A stretch of 61,743 nucleotides of DNA, filler included, from Hausera hauseri (taxonomy: Eukaryota), in NCBI GenBank assembly GCA_046269625.1. It is 11 parts of 11 records of this genome, joined end to end, with 100 filler letters (N's around TTAATTAATTAA, not from the genome) between each part and the next. Parts side by side here need not be neighbours in the genome. Positions count along the whole stretch, not along the records: positions 1 to 6,771 come from JBJURY010066995.1; positions 6,872 to 11,652 come from JBJURY010437916.1; positions 11,753 to 17,394 come from JBJURY010215188.1; 8 more parts are not named here. The stretch is one strand, 5' to 3'. Below, one piece after another: positions 1 through 12,440 of the stretch. Under the pieces are notes generated by a model, which worked only from the letters and a program-made list of their open reading frames with translations, had not been told where the DNA came from and made no database searches. Numbering within the stretch: position 1 is the stretch's first letter; each line of letters opens with the position of its first letter. The position numbers and the translations under genes are program-made.

Positions 1-1650
1 TAGAACATCCAATAGCTTATGGTGGACGCTCATTAAAGAAAGCAGAAAAGAATTATTCGGTTACCGAACTGGAGACACTGGCAGTTAAGGAAGCACTACG
101 ACACTTTAATGTCTATGTTTACGGACAGAAGATTATAATAGTGACAGATCACAAAGCCGTTACAACACTGAAAGGACAAGCTAATAACCCAACATGCAGA
201 TTAAACCGTTGGATTGAGGAAATCTCACGATATAATATTGAATTTCAATACAAACCGGGTAAAAAGCACGTCGATACTGATGCACTGTCAAGGTTAAAAA
301 CAAAAACGAGTGCGATCACTATATTAAAGAGACTACAACTTGAAAGCTGATTGAGCGACAAAGAACTCTAATATGGGACAAGACAATTAGAATTACGGCT
401 GATCAGGCTAAAGATACTGTTATTCAGCAAATTATCGAGTTCGTGCGAAACGACAAAATACCAAAAGGACGTCAATTAAAAAAGCATCTGCAGAAACACG
501 GACATAAATATTATGCATCGGATCAAAATAATATTTTGTATTACGAGCGGAAAGGGAAAAGACTAATCGTTATTCCAAAAGGATTACGTATCGAAGTACT
601 CATGACCGAACATGATTTATTTTTAGCCGGACACATGTTTTGGAAGAAGACATTAGAAAGAATACTAAATAAATACTATTGGCCAAGCATCTATATTGAT
701 GTACAAAATTGGGTAAGAGCATGCAAGGTCTGCGCGACAAAACAAAAGAAGACGAAAGGCTACGTAGCAGAATTAAAACCTATAAACGTAACAGACAGGC
801 CTATGCAAGCCATGCCTATGGACATAGTAGGACCGTTACCAAAAACTCACAAAAATAACAGATGTCTTAACATATGTACATCGACTCACACACTTTGTTG
901 AATTTGTGGCACTATTGGATCAAAAGGTAGAAACTCTAGCCGACGCAGTAGTAAGAAAAATCATCTGCAGATACGGAACACCAGAACAAATTTTAACGGA
1001 TAGAGGAAGGAACTTTACGAGCGAATTATTCGAAAAGATTGCTAAAATATTTAAAATTGAACGTTTAACCACTACAGCATACCATCCCCAATGTATTGGA
1101 ATGGTCGAGCGAATGAACGCAACAGTTATTCGAATATTATCAACAGTAGTGGCAAAGAACCAAAAGGATTGGGATGAATTCTTAGAAGGAACACAATTCG
1201 CGATTAATACGACTCCACATCCAGCAACAGGATTTACACCGTTCTTTATGATGTATGGACGAGAGGCAATCTTACCTACCGATCTAGGCATGACGCCATA
1301 CGACAAAAATCTCGAAGAATTAGAACAAAATTTTGCCGAAGTTTTACAGACAAGGCTACAGAAATGTTGGGAAGTTGCGAAAACGTTATCACTAGAGTAC
1401 CAGGAACAAGTTAAAAAACAATATGATAAGAAGATCAAACCTCATGATTTGGAAAAGGGAAACTGGGTTTATATACATTATCCAGTTGCGAAAAAAGGTA
1501 CATCCTTGAAATTAACACGTACCGGAAGAGGACCATATGAAATCATCCGGACAACACCAACTACGGTTTATGTCAATAAAAATGGTAAAGAAGAAGTCGT
1601 ATCAATTCAAAGAGTAGTCAAAACAGATATAAGGCCAGCTAAACATTACA
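1..1650 (+). pseudogene. pol: Gypsy pol fragment: RNase H, integrase zinc-binding domain, catalytic core and GPY/F C-terminal module (frameshifted)
   Basis: NYSVTELETLAV..TDHK (RNase H); H..GH...C..C zinc motif; MDIVGPLP, ILTDRGRNF, TTAYHPQCIGMVERMN (DDE core); GPYEII. Confidence 0.95.
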
Positions 1651-3101
1651 ATCTAAGGCCACGAGAGAACAAGACCTCGTCAATTATCACCAGACCGATA
1701 TCATACGTCCAGATAATCCTAGCATTATCGCTAATCACCTCTTATATTCCAAAAACACAAGCTGGAGGGTGGTACGACAAATCCACCTTAAAGAATGGAT
1801 ACGAAACGCAGAAGAATGAGATTGATAAAATAGAAAAGAAACCAATATTAGAAGAAACCCAAAGACAAAAAGATATCATGTCATTACAATCAATCACAGT
1901 TCAATATTATTCACCGAACTCTTCATGTGTTGGATTTATTATACACAAAAGATACTACGATGCTGGAAGAATTCAAATCGACCTAGATGATATAAGGACA
2001 AAAGAAACAAACAGTTGTGACTTCAGACATAAAGAGCGCACGTAATGTTGCAGCACGGAATTTGGTCATACTTACAACCTTACCTATATGCTATATTCAG
2101 CAAAATTATCGGAGATTTATGAAGTAAAACCGCAATTTCAATTAGTTATTCGTGCTTGGAATAAGCATCATGGGATAAAGTCCAACGAAATGCTCCAGTC
2201 CATCGATGTGGTAAAGCGAATGTTAGAAGAAAATATCGCAAATATTTCGGAGAACCCCAAGGACAATTGTGTTCAAGTAAAAACAAAAGGACGACTAACT
2301 AACGGTCGAGTAATCCCACTACGGTTCCTGAAGGAAAACATACAAGCTCACAATCAACAATATTGCCAAATTGACGTCGGGCAACCAACAACATGTTGTA
2401 AGTTACCCCGAAAATATGATTATAAGATTCAAATGGATTTGTATGAAGTCAGACCAAACCAGTCGAATATTTATTTAGGAAGCTACAGACTCAGAAATCC
2501 AGTTAAGTCGCATTTATTTAATATGGCAACGAATGCGGAAATGAAGCCCACTAATCCGGCACTGACCAGAACTACTTCAACAAATAGATCATCTCAAAAA
2601 GAACTAGAAACAATTCCGGTAAAATACTGGACACAACAGCGTGAAATAACTTTTGTGGTATAAAAAGTACTTGATTACTACGTGAAAATAAGTTGTCGAA
2701 CATCATATAATAATCAAAAGGTAATATTGACAAAAGGTAGCGGTAGAATCACATGTACTCACTTGAAGCCTGAAATGGATTATATTATACAAGTAAAAGC
2801 AGAGAACAGACAAAGTATAACGTTCACGGTACGAACCTTAAACGAAATGGTCTAAATGAAATCATTAAACGATGACGAAACGGATGGTGGGATGACAACT
2901 ACGACTAAAATAAAAAGTTTAACTGAACCGACAACTTTGTCGTTAATATCGATTATTGGAACATCAGTGTTCGCTCTCATAATCTTAATTGCGTTTTGTC
3001 GATTGATTACCAAAAACTGCTATAATAAACGCCCTAAAATCTATGAGAGGGAATTAAGGGTGATGGTACCACAGAATGAAATAAATGATGGAATATCCTG
3101 A
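1651..3101 (+). pseudogene. In-frame extension of Pol: signal-peptide-like segment, Cys-rich/FN3-like ectodomain repeats, transmembrane helix, short tail
   Basis: ORFs 906, 2088 and 2856 share one frame, separated by single stops; YVQIILALSLITSYIPKTQA signal; ITCTHLKPEMDYIIQVKAEN FN3 signature in 2664-2852; TM LISIIGTSVFALIILIAFCRLITK. Confidence 0.7.
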
Positions 3102-5242
3102 CAACGACAGATCGGGTTATTCCACCATCAAACAAAGAATTGGTTCAAATTTCGAACAATACTTTGTTTTAGGATTGACCCTTATTTTGTATTTTCTTTC
3201 AGAATGGTAAGTACGAGCAGCCGACCTAGAATCGACGAATTCCTGCAGAGATACGGAACAGTTCTTATTCCAAAATCAAAGGGCATATACCGAAGAATAA
3301 ACGATGCATTACGGACAGAAATACATATCGAATACCGGAAAGTAAACGAGATACCTAACGATTTGAAAGGTACTACTGAAGATAATCGCAGTTTTGCTAC
3401 ACGCAATGCGTGATAATAGTCAAGCTAAGTCATACGATCTTAAGGAACTAATCCAGAGTAAAACGGCCAGAGTAGAAGATATATTCAACCATCTAGCCGA
3501 TGGGGAAATTTATTACAGAATAAAGAACCAACAATGGGACGGTAACGAAGGGCGCCAATACCGATTTAGCACATTTAGAATAAGTGGACAAGGTTTAGAA
3601 ACTATTGACTATGGATTAGAATTTCGAGTAGCAGCCTTACCTGTTAAATTGATGTTCGAAGTGACCTATAAAGAGAGCTGCAACTTAGGCTTGCCAGTTC
3701 TACAGTTCGAACAAACCCCAACAGAGGTCGAAAAGGATGAGCATCTGCAATCATATAAGTTAGTCCAAGACGGTCGTAACGTAAGGATCCTGGCTACGAA
3801 CTATGGTAGAGGAGATGATGGATATGGAATACCGATCGAGGTATCTATTCGAGAAAGAGATGGGACCGAATTATACTCAACCATTATAAACCCTCGGAAA
3901 CATGTTTAGGAGTCACATGCGGAAGTGACTGGTCTAAGGAAAGAACAACTGATAAATGGAAGAGATATTCTACAGGTCCGTTCGGAGCTAGACCATTGCC
4001 TTTACGGATGCATGATAACAGGATACAATGTCAAAAGAGAAATCGAGCTATTAGGGATATCCGACGCAAATATCCCCGGACTTAGGGAAATAGCTACCCA
4101 TCCAATAATCCAAGAGCGAATGGCAAAAACCGTGCAAGGAAGAATTCGACCAACCGCGCCGGAAGCTTTCTTTAAAATAACCATTGAAGTGATGAGCGAC
4201 AACCCAAGTAAAATTCCGAGACTTCTGACAGCTGGTCAGCGTTCCCAATATTTACAGGAAATTTATATAACGTTAAAGTGGGAGCATGAATGGACCCCTA
4301 AAAACCCTATATACAATCTATGGAGCTCCATAAACCCTGAACAAATAGATGGAAAATATAGAAGAAACATAAAACCCTATTCCCCGATCCGAATCGTTCA
4401 ACCAGCAGACAAGCATAGTCTCAAAATTATAGTACCAGAATCAAAACCAGAAAGCAAAACGGGATTACGGATGATCAAAGAGAAAGAAAAGAAATTGCAA
4501 GGAACATCAAATTCTCCAGAAGAACTAAGAGAGGAAACAAGACCAGAAACAATAATAAAAAAATGAAGTTAGAAGAGAAACCCCAACCCAGGAAAACATT
4601 ATCCATCTGTAACTCTGTTCAAAAAGCCTAAGAAGGATGAAGGACAAAAAGTGGAGAACCAACAAAACAGGCCAAGTACCTTACAGAACGTAGAACCATT
4701 TAAAACGGGAATTAGGAATCCCATAATAACGGAAATCAACGCCCTAATAGGGAAACGGAAGAAAGATGTACACTGTGTAACAACCCAAGACTTTCCCAGA
4801 ATGTTGATAACTACCGAGTACTACAGTAAAAAGATAATAAAGGAAGCCATGTTCTTCATCAAACTTGCCCCGGCTAGAGAGGTATTTGAAAACACCTATG
4901 TATGGGAAAATACTAAACTTGGAACCTACCTTACATAAATTTTTCGATCAAAAAGGACAGGAAAGATAATAGTTCCCGTGGACAAGCAAATCCGAATATT
5001 GCTTAAGAAGCAATATCAGAAATATAAAATAGAATGGAGGATTTCTGATCTAGATAAGGACCTTATAGCGGACTGGACCCTGATTCAGATAGATTTTGAC
5101 CCGTGTAAAAGTTCAATAAACCATAAACAGAAGGTAATTCATGGGTACTTATACCAAGATGGAGACGGCCTTGCATTTGTACCCATAGAACTGATCATTC
5201 AAGACGATTTAGAGAGATGATTGGGACAAGGAAGATAGTGAA

Positions 5243-5374
5243 TGTCCCGTATGTGAAGCAAACTTAAGACAAGATTACGTAATTTTGTAAAACAGAAATT
5301 GCCGTCATAAATACTGTCGAGATTGTCTAGAGAAGTGGACACTCGACAATGGAAAAGCGACGTGCCCAGTATGC
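5243..5374 (+). pseudogene. C3HC4 RING finger not shown in the ORF track (one internal stop)
   Basis: Manual translation: CPVCEANLRQDYVIL*NRNCRHKYCRDCLEKWTLDNGKATCPVC. Confidence 0.85.
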
Positions 5375-5597
5375 CGAGCTGAGGCCACAGAATTGAAGTA
5401 CTACTCAGATGGAAGTTATACACGAATTGTTAGAATTAAACCTTACCACAGCTATAATTTGGAAACGAACCCAGTAGCCAGCCGAGACCCAAGGAGTTCA
5501 CCAACCGATCTGCCCGAAAGAATGAGTAGGTTAAGACGACCTGAAACGTTGGGCGCCACCTCTTCTGACGCAATAGGCTCCTTCGAGGATGCTGCTC

Positions 5598-5609
5598 AAG
5601 GAGGAGAAA
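5598..5609 (+). other. Polypurine tract
   Basis: AAGGAGGAGAAA immediately followed by TGT, preceded by TTCGAGGA as often seen at Gypsy 3' ends. Confidence 0.65.
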
Positions 5610-6150
5610 TGTCGTAAATCAGACTGAACTGTAACGTCCAAATTTGTATATATTACGAACAATATAAAAATAGAATATTTAACAATTAGTAGAAATTTAA
5701 ATATGGATTCATTAGTAATTCATGAAAATTGCAGAATGATTGTGTAGCTAATAATGTCGAAAATTGCGAAAATAGAAAAACAGTCTAAACAATACAGATA
5801 TAATGAAAAAGAATACAGAATAAATTTAGAAAATTCATGTAAATAACGTATCTAGAATCTGGTTGAAACACTATATAAGCAGATCGCAAAAATCAGACTC
5901 GAACAAATTAGAGTGTTAATATAACAGGCAATACATTACAAAAACAGAATCACGAAAACAAACGATACAATTTACAGGCAAGCAGCAATAAAACTATTGA
6001 GTTAGGATCATAGATGCCAGGAAAGGAAACTAATTATTCTAGTAACAAAACAGCGTGATTCCAAAGCAGAAAAACAGAACTTAGAACTAGCAAATCATTT
6101 CGTCAAATGCTTTGAAAAAATTGTTTCTGTCAAAAACGTGCTCCGTAACA
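5610..6150 (+). repeat. Putative 3' LTR (right end uncertain)
   Basis: Starts TG after the PPT; TATATAA at ~5872, AATAAA at ~5987; candidate end ..GTAACA at 6150. Confidence 0.45.
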
Positions 6151-6771
6151 GAAAATGTCAGTCAGCTTCATGGATAGCTCGCTGTTTTATTTTATTATGT
6201 GAAAGGGAGGCGTGAATACGGGGGTCTGTGGTACACCTCATTGCGTCTGTATTTTCTTCAACACTGAATGGAAAAAATAGAAGATAAATGGAAACGCAGG
6301 TTATTCTGCTTGTTTCGAAAACTGTCATTATTGCAATCCAATCTCCTCTTGAGTATCTATTTTAGTTGAGTTTATATCGGTCGAAGGGTCAACATCGTCG
6401 CACACGGATATATATCCATAAGTTCTCAGTTCTTCATTCTGTAGGATCTCAGATTAAAGGACGTGTTCCGTTGTTTTCCCTAGAATATATTCTAAATTGG
6501 GATGTCGCTATTTGCTTGAAAGGTATGATACATTAAGGGAAAAATGCAAGATTGGCCTACGAGCCCCGATTTCATCCCTGTAAAAAGAATGACTGATCAG
6601 ACAAAAGTATAAACATAGAGAAGCGCAGATGAATGAGCGTGAATAAGAATCTCTGTAGCACAACCTTGTCCAACACGGCGCAGAATTCACTGTGCCGAAC
6701 GTTTCTGAGCAAAAATTTGAAGGCACATCTGTACTTTGGATGGACACACCTAGGCAAAGTCAGCTAGTCTT

Positions 6772-6871
6772 NNNNNNNNNNNNNNNNNNNNNNNNNNNNN
6801 NNNNNNNNNNNNNNNTTAATTAATTAANNNNNNNNNNNNNNNNNNNNNNNNNNNNNNNNNNNNNNNNNNNN
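6772..6871. other. Artificial contig spacer
   Basis: N44-TTAATTAATTAA-N44. Confidence 0.98.
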
Positions 6872-7439
6872 GTATCGTCAGGAGGTACACTGACGTAGCT
6901 CACCCTTATTTATTTGATTTTTGACAACCGACCTTTTTAAAGGAAGGTATACCAAAAGTGGGATGCCCTGAATTCATGTTATTTATCTCTATTACAATAC
7001 TATACCCTTTAATTAATTATTTTACACTAAATCAATAAACCAAAACAAATGAAACTATCGAAATATTTAATAAGGCATTAAAATAAATACTCAACCAAAA
7101 TACGAAAAAGTATGAACAAAAAAGAATAAAAACATAACTTACAATTATCGTACTTCAGATTCATAATATATCACAAGTCAGTAGTCAATATATTGTATGA
7201 CAACAGTATTTATAATAAAATTACAACAATGACATGTGAACAAAAAATTAAAAATTCCTTTTTAAATAATTTAAAAAAAACAAGCCGATTAATGACATAG
7301 TCATAATAATACTATTCAATTATTGAATAGTTATTTGAACATCTGGTTAACGTCATTTCATTTATTTGACGAACATCTGGTTAAGAATACCTGAAAATAG
7401 TTTCATTTATTTTACAGATTGTTTAGATGCAATTAACCA

Positions 7440-8458
7440 TGTTGTTTTACAGGTGCAGCGACGATCAATAACAGTGCCAAAATGTAACTCAAATCTAATA
7501 TTATTACTACTACAGATACATCGTTAACGTTTACATTCAACTGTAATTTTGTTCAATACTTGTATCAGTCACTTCAAAAAAGGTTAGATGAAAGGTTGAA
7601 TAACAGTGTAATACGAGCACGTCGATTTTTGCACAAACCACGGTCATTACCACTGAATCAGAATCTCAAACGCTTTTTATCTCAAGTTCATAATCGATTG
7701 TGTGAAACTGAAGTGCATCATTCAGATAATACATCAAAATATTCGTGCAGAAAAAATTGCTTCTCTTGCTGCTGCTGAAGGCAAACCATTAACGCATGAA
7801 TGTGACTCACAACCAGACGAAGTGTGAATGAACCTGTTAAATCGACGTTTGCCGAAAAATTGAAGAAACATAGGTAGATTTACATTAGATTGATTCTTGT
7901 CAGCAGAGCGAAGAATCGATTCATCACAGAATTATGTCAGATCTCGATGCTTTCAATAAAGGTGAACAAATGTCGAGTAGGCTCAGAAAGCTATATAATT
8001 GTTCAAATAACATCCCTTTCACTACAATTGATACCGAGAGAACGTTCAGTGCCTCCGGACTAATTAACATAAGAATTCGAAGCCAACATTCTGATGACAT
8101 TCTAAAAGCCCTAACATTTTTGAAGTCTAACAATCAATTGTGGTTCAAATGATTACTGCGTCCTGCTTCTGATTTATGAATTACGATGATATTTTTAGTA
8201 TGTGAGTTGTGAAATTTTGCCCTAATTGACCAAATAAATTTAAGTGTTAACTGAGGACTACATATTTTTATGTACATTTATGTCTGTGTAAATTTTATTG
8301 AATTGAATTTTACATATTTTCTTCAATATTTTATTACGTCAGATTCGTCTGGACTACTCGAACTATATATATGTAGAAAGCCCGGGCTAGCCCGGCTTTC
8401 CAAAATCAAAATGCACTTCCACATACGGGCACTACTTTTAAACGTGCTGGAAACCCTA
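7440..8458 (+). mobile_element. hAT transposon remnant (C-terminal dimerization domain and 3' end)
   Basis: ORF 7934-8152 IPFTTIDTERTFSASGLINIRIRSQHSDDILKALTFLKS matches the hAT dimerization motif; ends ..GGAAACCCTA like a hAT TIR. Confidence 0.7.
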
Positions 8459-8479
8459 ATTACCACCATCTACCAACAT

Positions 8480-10850
8480 CTTTCCATGCTCTCCATTCTT
8501 CAAAGTCAATGGTTCTGCCAGCTAATAACTTGGTCTACACAAACAATAGTTGTCAGATACCAATCTGGTCAACGTGAAAGCACAAGCCTATCCTCCTCCA
8601 TCACAACTACTTAGTAAATTTCACTAAAAATTACGGAAATAACAGCGCTGTTCGAATTAGAATAGCATTACGACGCTTTATGCCAAGCCATCATTAAGTT
8701 GTCACAAATTCCGGTACTCGGACTGATAAAAATACTTTACAACAAACCCGATAGGTTTTGAAACGCCCACCGATTATTCACGTCTCATAAAAGATGAATT
8801 TTTAAGACTCAGAATTAACGTTAACGAAAATGAGGATTTGTTGACACAGCTGTTCGTGCAGAGTTTTCCTCCCGGACTACAAATTTTCTTGCCATTTGTT
8901 CCACCAACAGTAAGCCTTGACGACTTTGCATTAATGGCGGAAAAATCTTTAGAATCTTTACGAGCTCTGCAGCCTCCGCAACAAGTGATGTGTGCAATGA
9001 CAACATCACCCATCATATCAGCCACACCTACGCAGGAGCCATAGTCTTCTGTCAGGCTCATGGACTCCATAAAGAAATTAACCGAAACTGTAAATTCTTT
9101 TATGATAGTACAGGCAATCCAGAATAACAATGCGCATCGGTCACTCAAATGTCTTGTCACGCAACACATCTGCGTCTCGTCACATCCCAGTATCGCTGTC
9201 GAGGACGGATCTGCTTTTACCACAAAGGCATGGGTGAAAAAGCAATTAAATGTTATGTTGATTGTAATTTCCGAAACAAGGTTGCAGCCACAATTTCAGA
9301 ACTTTGATTTCATGCACCATATGATGATAATGCAAAAATTGCTTCCCTGTTGCAACTTCACCAAATCTCCATTTAACAGCATATGAGCAGCTTTAAACTT
9401 ACAAGGCCACCAAAGGGCTCGGAAACCTCTGGTATGGGCCTTCATGAATCTTTGCCGTTTATCTTTATAAACCCAGCTGAAACAGCCATAAATGTCGTCT
9501 TCTTCATTCAAGCAACAATCAATTTGGGACAGTCTGAAACACAAATTTCTTTCCATGTTGACACCGTTTCCGCAATTCTGCTCTTTCTCTTACTCAGCAA
9601 CATGCAACAATATTGCTTCTCACGACATAAATGCTGCCGACGGTACATCCATCAAAACTGCTGAAGTACAAAAGTTATCATTTAAACTCCACTCTTTTAA
9701 CAACGTTTTCTCTTGGCAATTCATTGTTGCCGATGTTCAACAACCAATTTTAGGTTCAGACTTTTTTCAAACATTTCATTTACTTATTGATTGCAAACGC
9801 AGAATGCTGATGCTTCGGTAAAATTATGATAAGCTAACAATTATTTTAAAATCGCTCATTAATTCGATTCTTAAATCTGCCGAGAAAAACAAAAATAATA
9901 AACAACACGTTTCATGGCAAAGGCCCATAGTAGCAAAAATGAACGAGGACGGCTTAGGTGTATCAATATCAATTTTGCCTACCGAACTTTTAGCCATCCC
10001 TCTCTTTTTACAATCTTTTATTGTGCGAATACACTGCAGAAGTCAAAAACCTTTAAGCCTGCTGATTCAGTATTTCACAACATTTACACGTTCCAGTTGC
10101 TTAAGGCCGCTGTTTACTCCAGTCAGAGCACCACATCATGATTGAAGCTGAATTTTTCAAACTTGAACGAGAATGTACAATCCGACGGTTTATCTCTATC
10201 TAGGCTTCACTACTTCACGTGGTACCAAAAAAGGTGGCTCTCTTTGGCCTTGTGGAGATTATCATCGGCTTAACGACTTAACTATACCAGACAGTTAACC
10301 CCTCCCTATGATCGCCGACATTTCTTGCAGATTAAATGGTAACAACATATTTTTCACCTTGGACTTGTACAAAGGTTATCATAAGATTCCAGCCGTTACG
10401 GATGATATTCAGAAGACCACTATAACAACGCCATTTGGTCTCTTCGAATATCTCTACATACCGTTTGTACTTCACAACGCTGCCCAAATATTCCAGCGGC
10501 ACATAGACTCTGTGCTACCAGATTTGCCTTTCGCATTCCCATATCCTGATAGCCTCCGGAGACGAAGACAAACACACGGAACATGTGCGCACTCTTCTCA
10601 AGCGCCTTCACGACCATAATCTCCAAGTGAATTCAAATAAATCTCATTTTTTCTCCGAGTCTGTCACACTTCAGCGCAAGGGGACGCACCACTACCTGAG
10701 CAATTATATTCATTTCGCAACACTGCTTGTCCACGGACGGCGACAGAACTACGCAGCTTCCTAGGAATGGTTGACTTTTGTCACAAGTACATTCCTAATT
10801 GTTCACATTTCACAGCAAATCTCTATGTCCTAGCTTCTGGTCCACTTCGA
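8480..10850 (+). mobile_element. Heavily decayed Gypsy gag-pol (gag knuckle, protease, RT)
   Basis: DLCFYHKGMGEKAIKC knuckle; VDTVSA protease-like; PILGSDF; CGDYHRLN, LDLYKGYHKIP, KTTITTPFGLFEY RT motifs. Confidence 0.85.
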
Positions 10851-11591
10851 AAGAACGAGTGAATCATATTTTAAATAAAGAATTAGACACGAGGGCGTTT
10901 ACTAACTACTGATCAAAAGCGCATTCGTGTACAAAATATTACTCAGTTTGGCACGTTTTAAGAAGAGTACAACCGATTCTGTGCTCAGATTTGTAATCAC
11001 AGATGAAACTTTGGTTCACCATTATACCCCATAAACAAAACAACTGTCAAAACAATGGGCAGAAAAGTTTTATCTTCTGAGATAGTTATGGCATCAGTTT
11101 TCTGGGATAGCAAAGGTATTATCATGATTGTTTATCTTCCAAAAGGCCAAACAATAAATGATGAATACTAGGCTAACCTTTTAGATGAATTAAACCAAAT
11201 AATTCGAGAAAAATCATTCTTCACCATGATAATGCTCATGTACATACAAATCTTTTGGTATTTTCAAAAATTCACTAATTGAAGTTTGATTTGTTGTCAC
11301 ACCCGCCTTATTCACCAGATTTGACTCCATCTGATTTCCATCTCTTCCCAAATCTTAAAAAGCACATGAGTGAAGGCGATTTTCATCAAAAGAAGAGCTG
11401 ATAGCAGAAATTGACGACTATTTTGCAGAGCTTCTGGAAACGCATTATAGAGATTGGAAAATAAAACTTGAACATCGCTGGTCCAAATGTATTGAAGTGA
11501 AAGGAGACTTTATTGAAAAATAATAGCAATTTGAATATCCAAACACTGCGTTTTCATGTTCATTTGCCGAAAGATTCATCCCACACTCGTA
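10850..11591 (+). mobile_element. 5'-truncated mariner (DD34D-type) element with 3' TIR
   Basis: VITDET, MASVFWDSKGII, HHDNA, HPPYSPDLTPSDFHLF; ends ..CACACTCGTA. Confidence 0.9.
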
Positions 11592-11652
11592 ATTCTATAT
11601 TTTTACTGATTTTCAATGATGCTTACATTTTCAATTTTGTAAAATTTCAATT

Positions 11653-11752
11653 NNNNNNNNNNNNNNNNNNNNNNNNNNNNNNNNNNNNNNNNNNNNTTAA
11701 TTAATTAANNNNNNNNNNNNNNNNNNNNNNNNNNNNNNNNNNNNNNNNNNNN
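11653..11752. other. Artificial contig spacer
   Basis: N44-TTAATTAATTAA-N44. Confidence 0.98.
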
Positions 11753-12124
11753 TTAAAGGCATGTCGGAATTATGTTCCCGAAACAACGTATTGTGTAATC
11801 CGACAGATTTTGCATAGGCGGTTTTGTCGCATTTGGAAATGTAGCATATTCCATTACAATCCATATAAAATGATGACAATTTGGGTTCGTTGACGACTTG
11901 ACGTGACGTGGGTCTTTACGGAGTAACATATGGCTACATAACGTTCAAGACTGAAAGCTGTTACAGTCAGAACACTAGCTATTGGTGTAAATTCTAACAT
12001 AAACGTTCGCCAGTAACAAAATGACTTTCCATGTCTTTAAGGATAGAGTTGTGTCTGACTTTGAACAAGTTCAATTGACAAACCTTCGGTTTGGTATAGA
12101 GTCCACTAAATTCTGTTTATATTC

Positions 12125-12440
12125 TGTTATATAAGCAAAGAAAAACATTCAATTTGTGAAATGTGTTTCAGTTCACACGTTGACTGGTATGGAAATGGTG
12201 AGTAAATCATTGTCTGGTAATCACAGTAGTTCTTGAATCGGTGTTTTCTAATCTCTAAAGATAGCTGAAATGTTAAACTATTTGAATGAAATATTTGATA
12301 GTCTTTTAGTCTAATCCGACGGATTAAATTTTTTAAATCAAAGAGTCGGACCCGACTATTGATCCGACACGGCAATAACGGATGCCTGGCCGTGTCCAAC
12401 CAAAATGGGCCAAAGGGCCCAGGCCACGGTGGGCACCACA
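12125..12440 (-). repeat. LTR related to the LTR at 19325-19621, abutting a piggyBac copy
   Basis: 12345-12440 aligns by eye with 19531-19621 (GGACCCGA..CCAACCAAA(A)TGGGCCA..GTGGGCACCACA); left boundary tentative. Confidence 0.6.

Larger units (their letters stand above)
3204..5617 (+). pseudogene. Decayed accessory ORF of the Gypsy element: beta-rich (possibly MATH/TRAF-like) region, unknown domains, C-terminal RING finger
   Basis: ORFs 3394, 3925, 4651, 4978 in one frame; frameshift into the frame carrying a RING and ORF 5393; lies between TM region and PPT. Confidence 0.55.
1..6150 (+). mobile_element. 3' half of a large Ty3/Gypsy LTR retrotransposon with ~4 kb of extra coding sequence after integrase
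   Basis: RNase H, integrase, long accessory region, then polypurine tract and TG-starting LTR-like region; A-rich coding strand throughout. Confidence 0.85.

Noticed and set aside
920-1438. Antisense ORFs over pol regions (also 34325-34621, 57057-58801)
   Set aside because: No recognisable motifs; by-products of sense-strand codon bias
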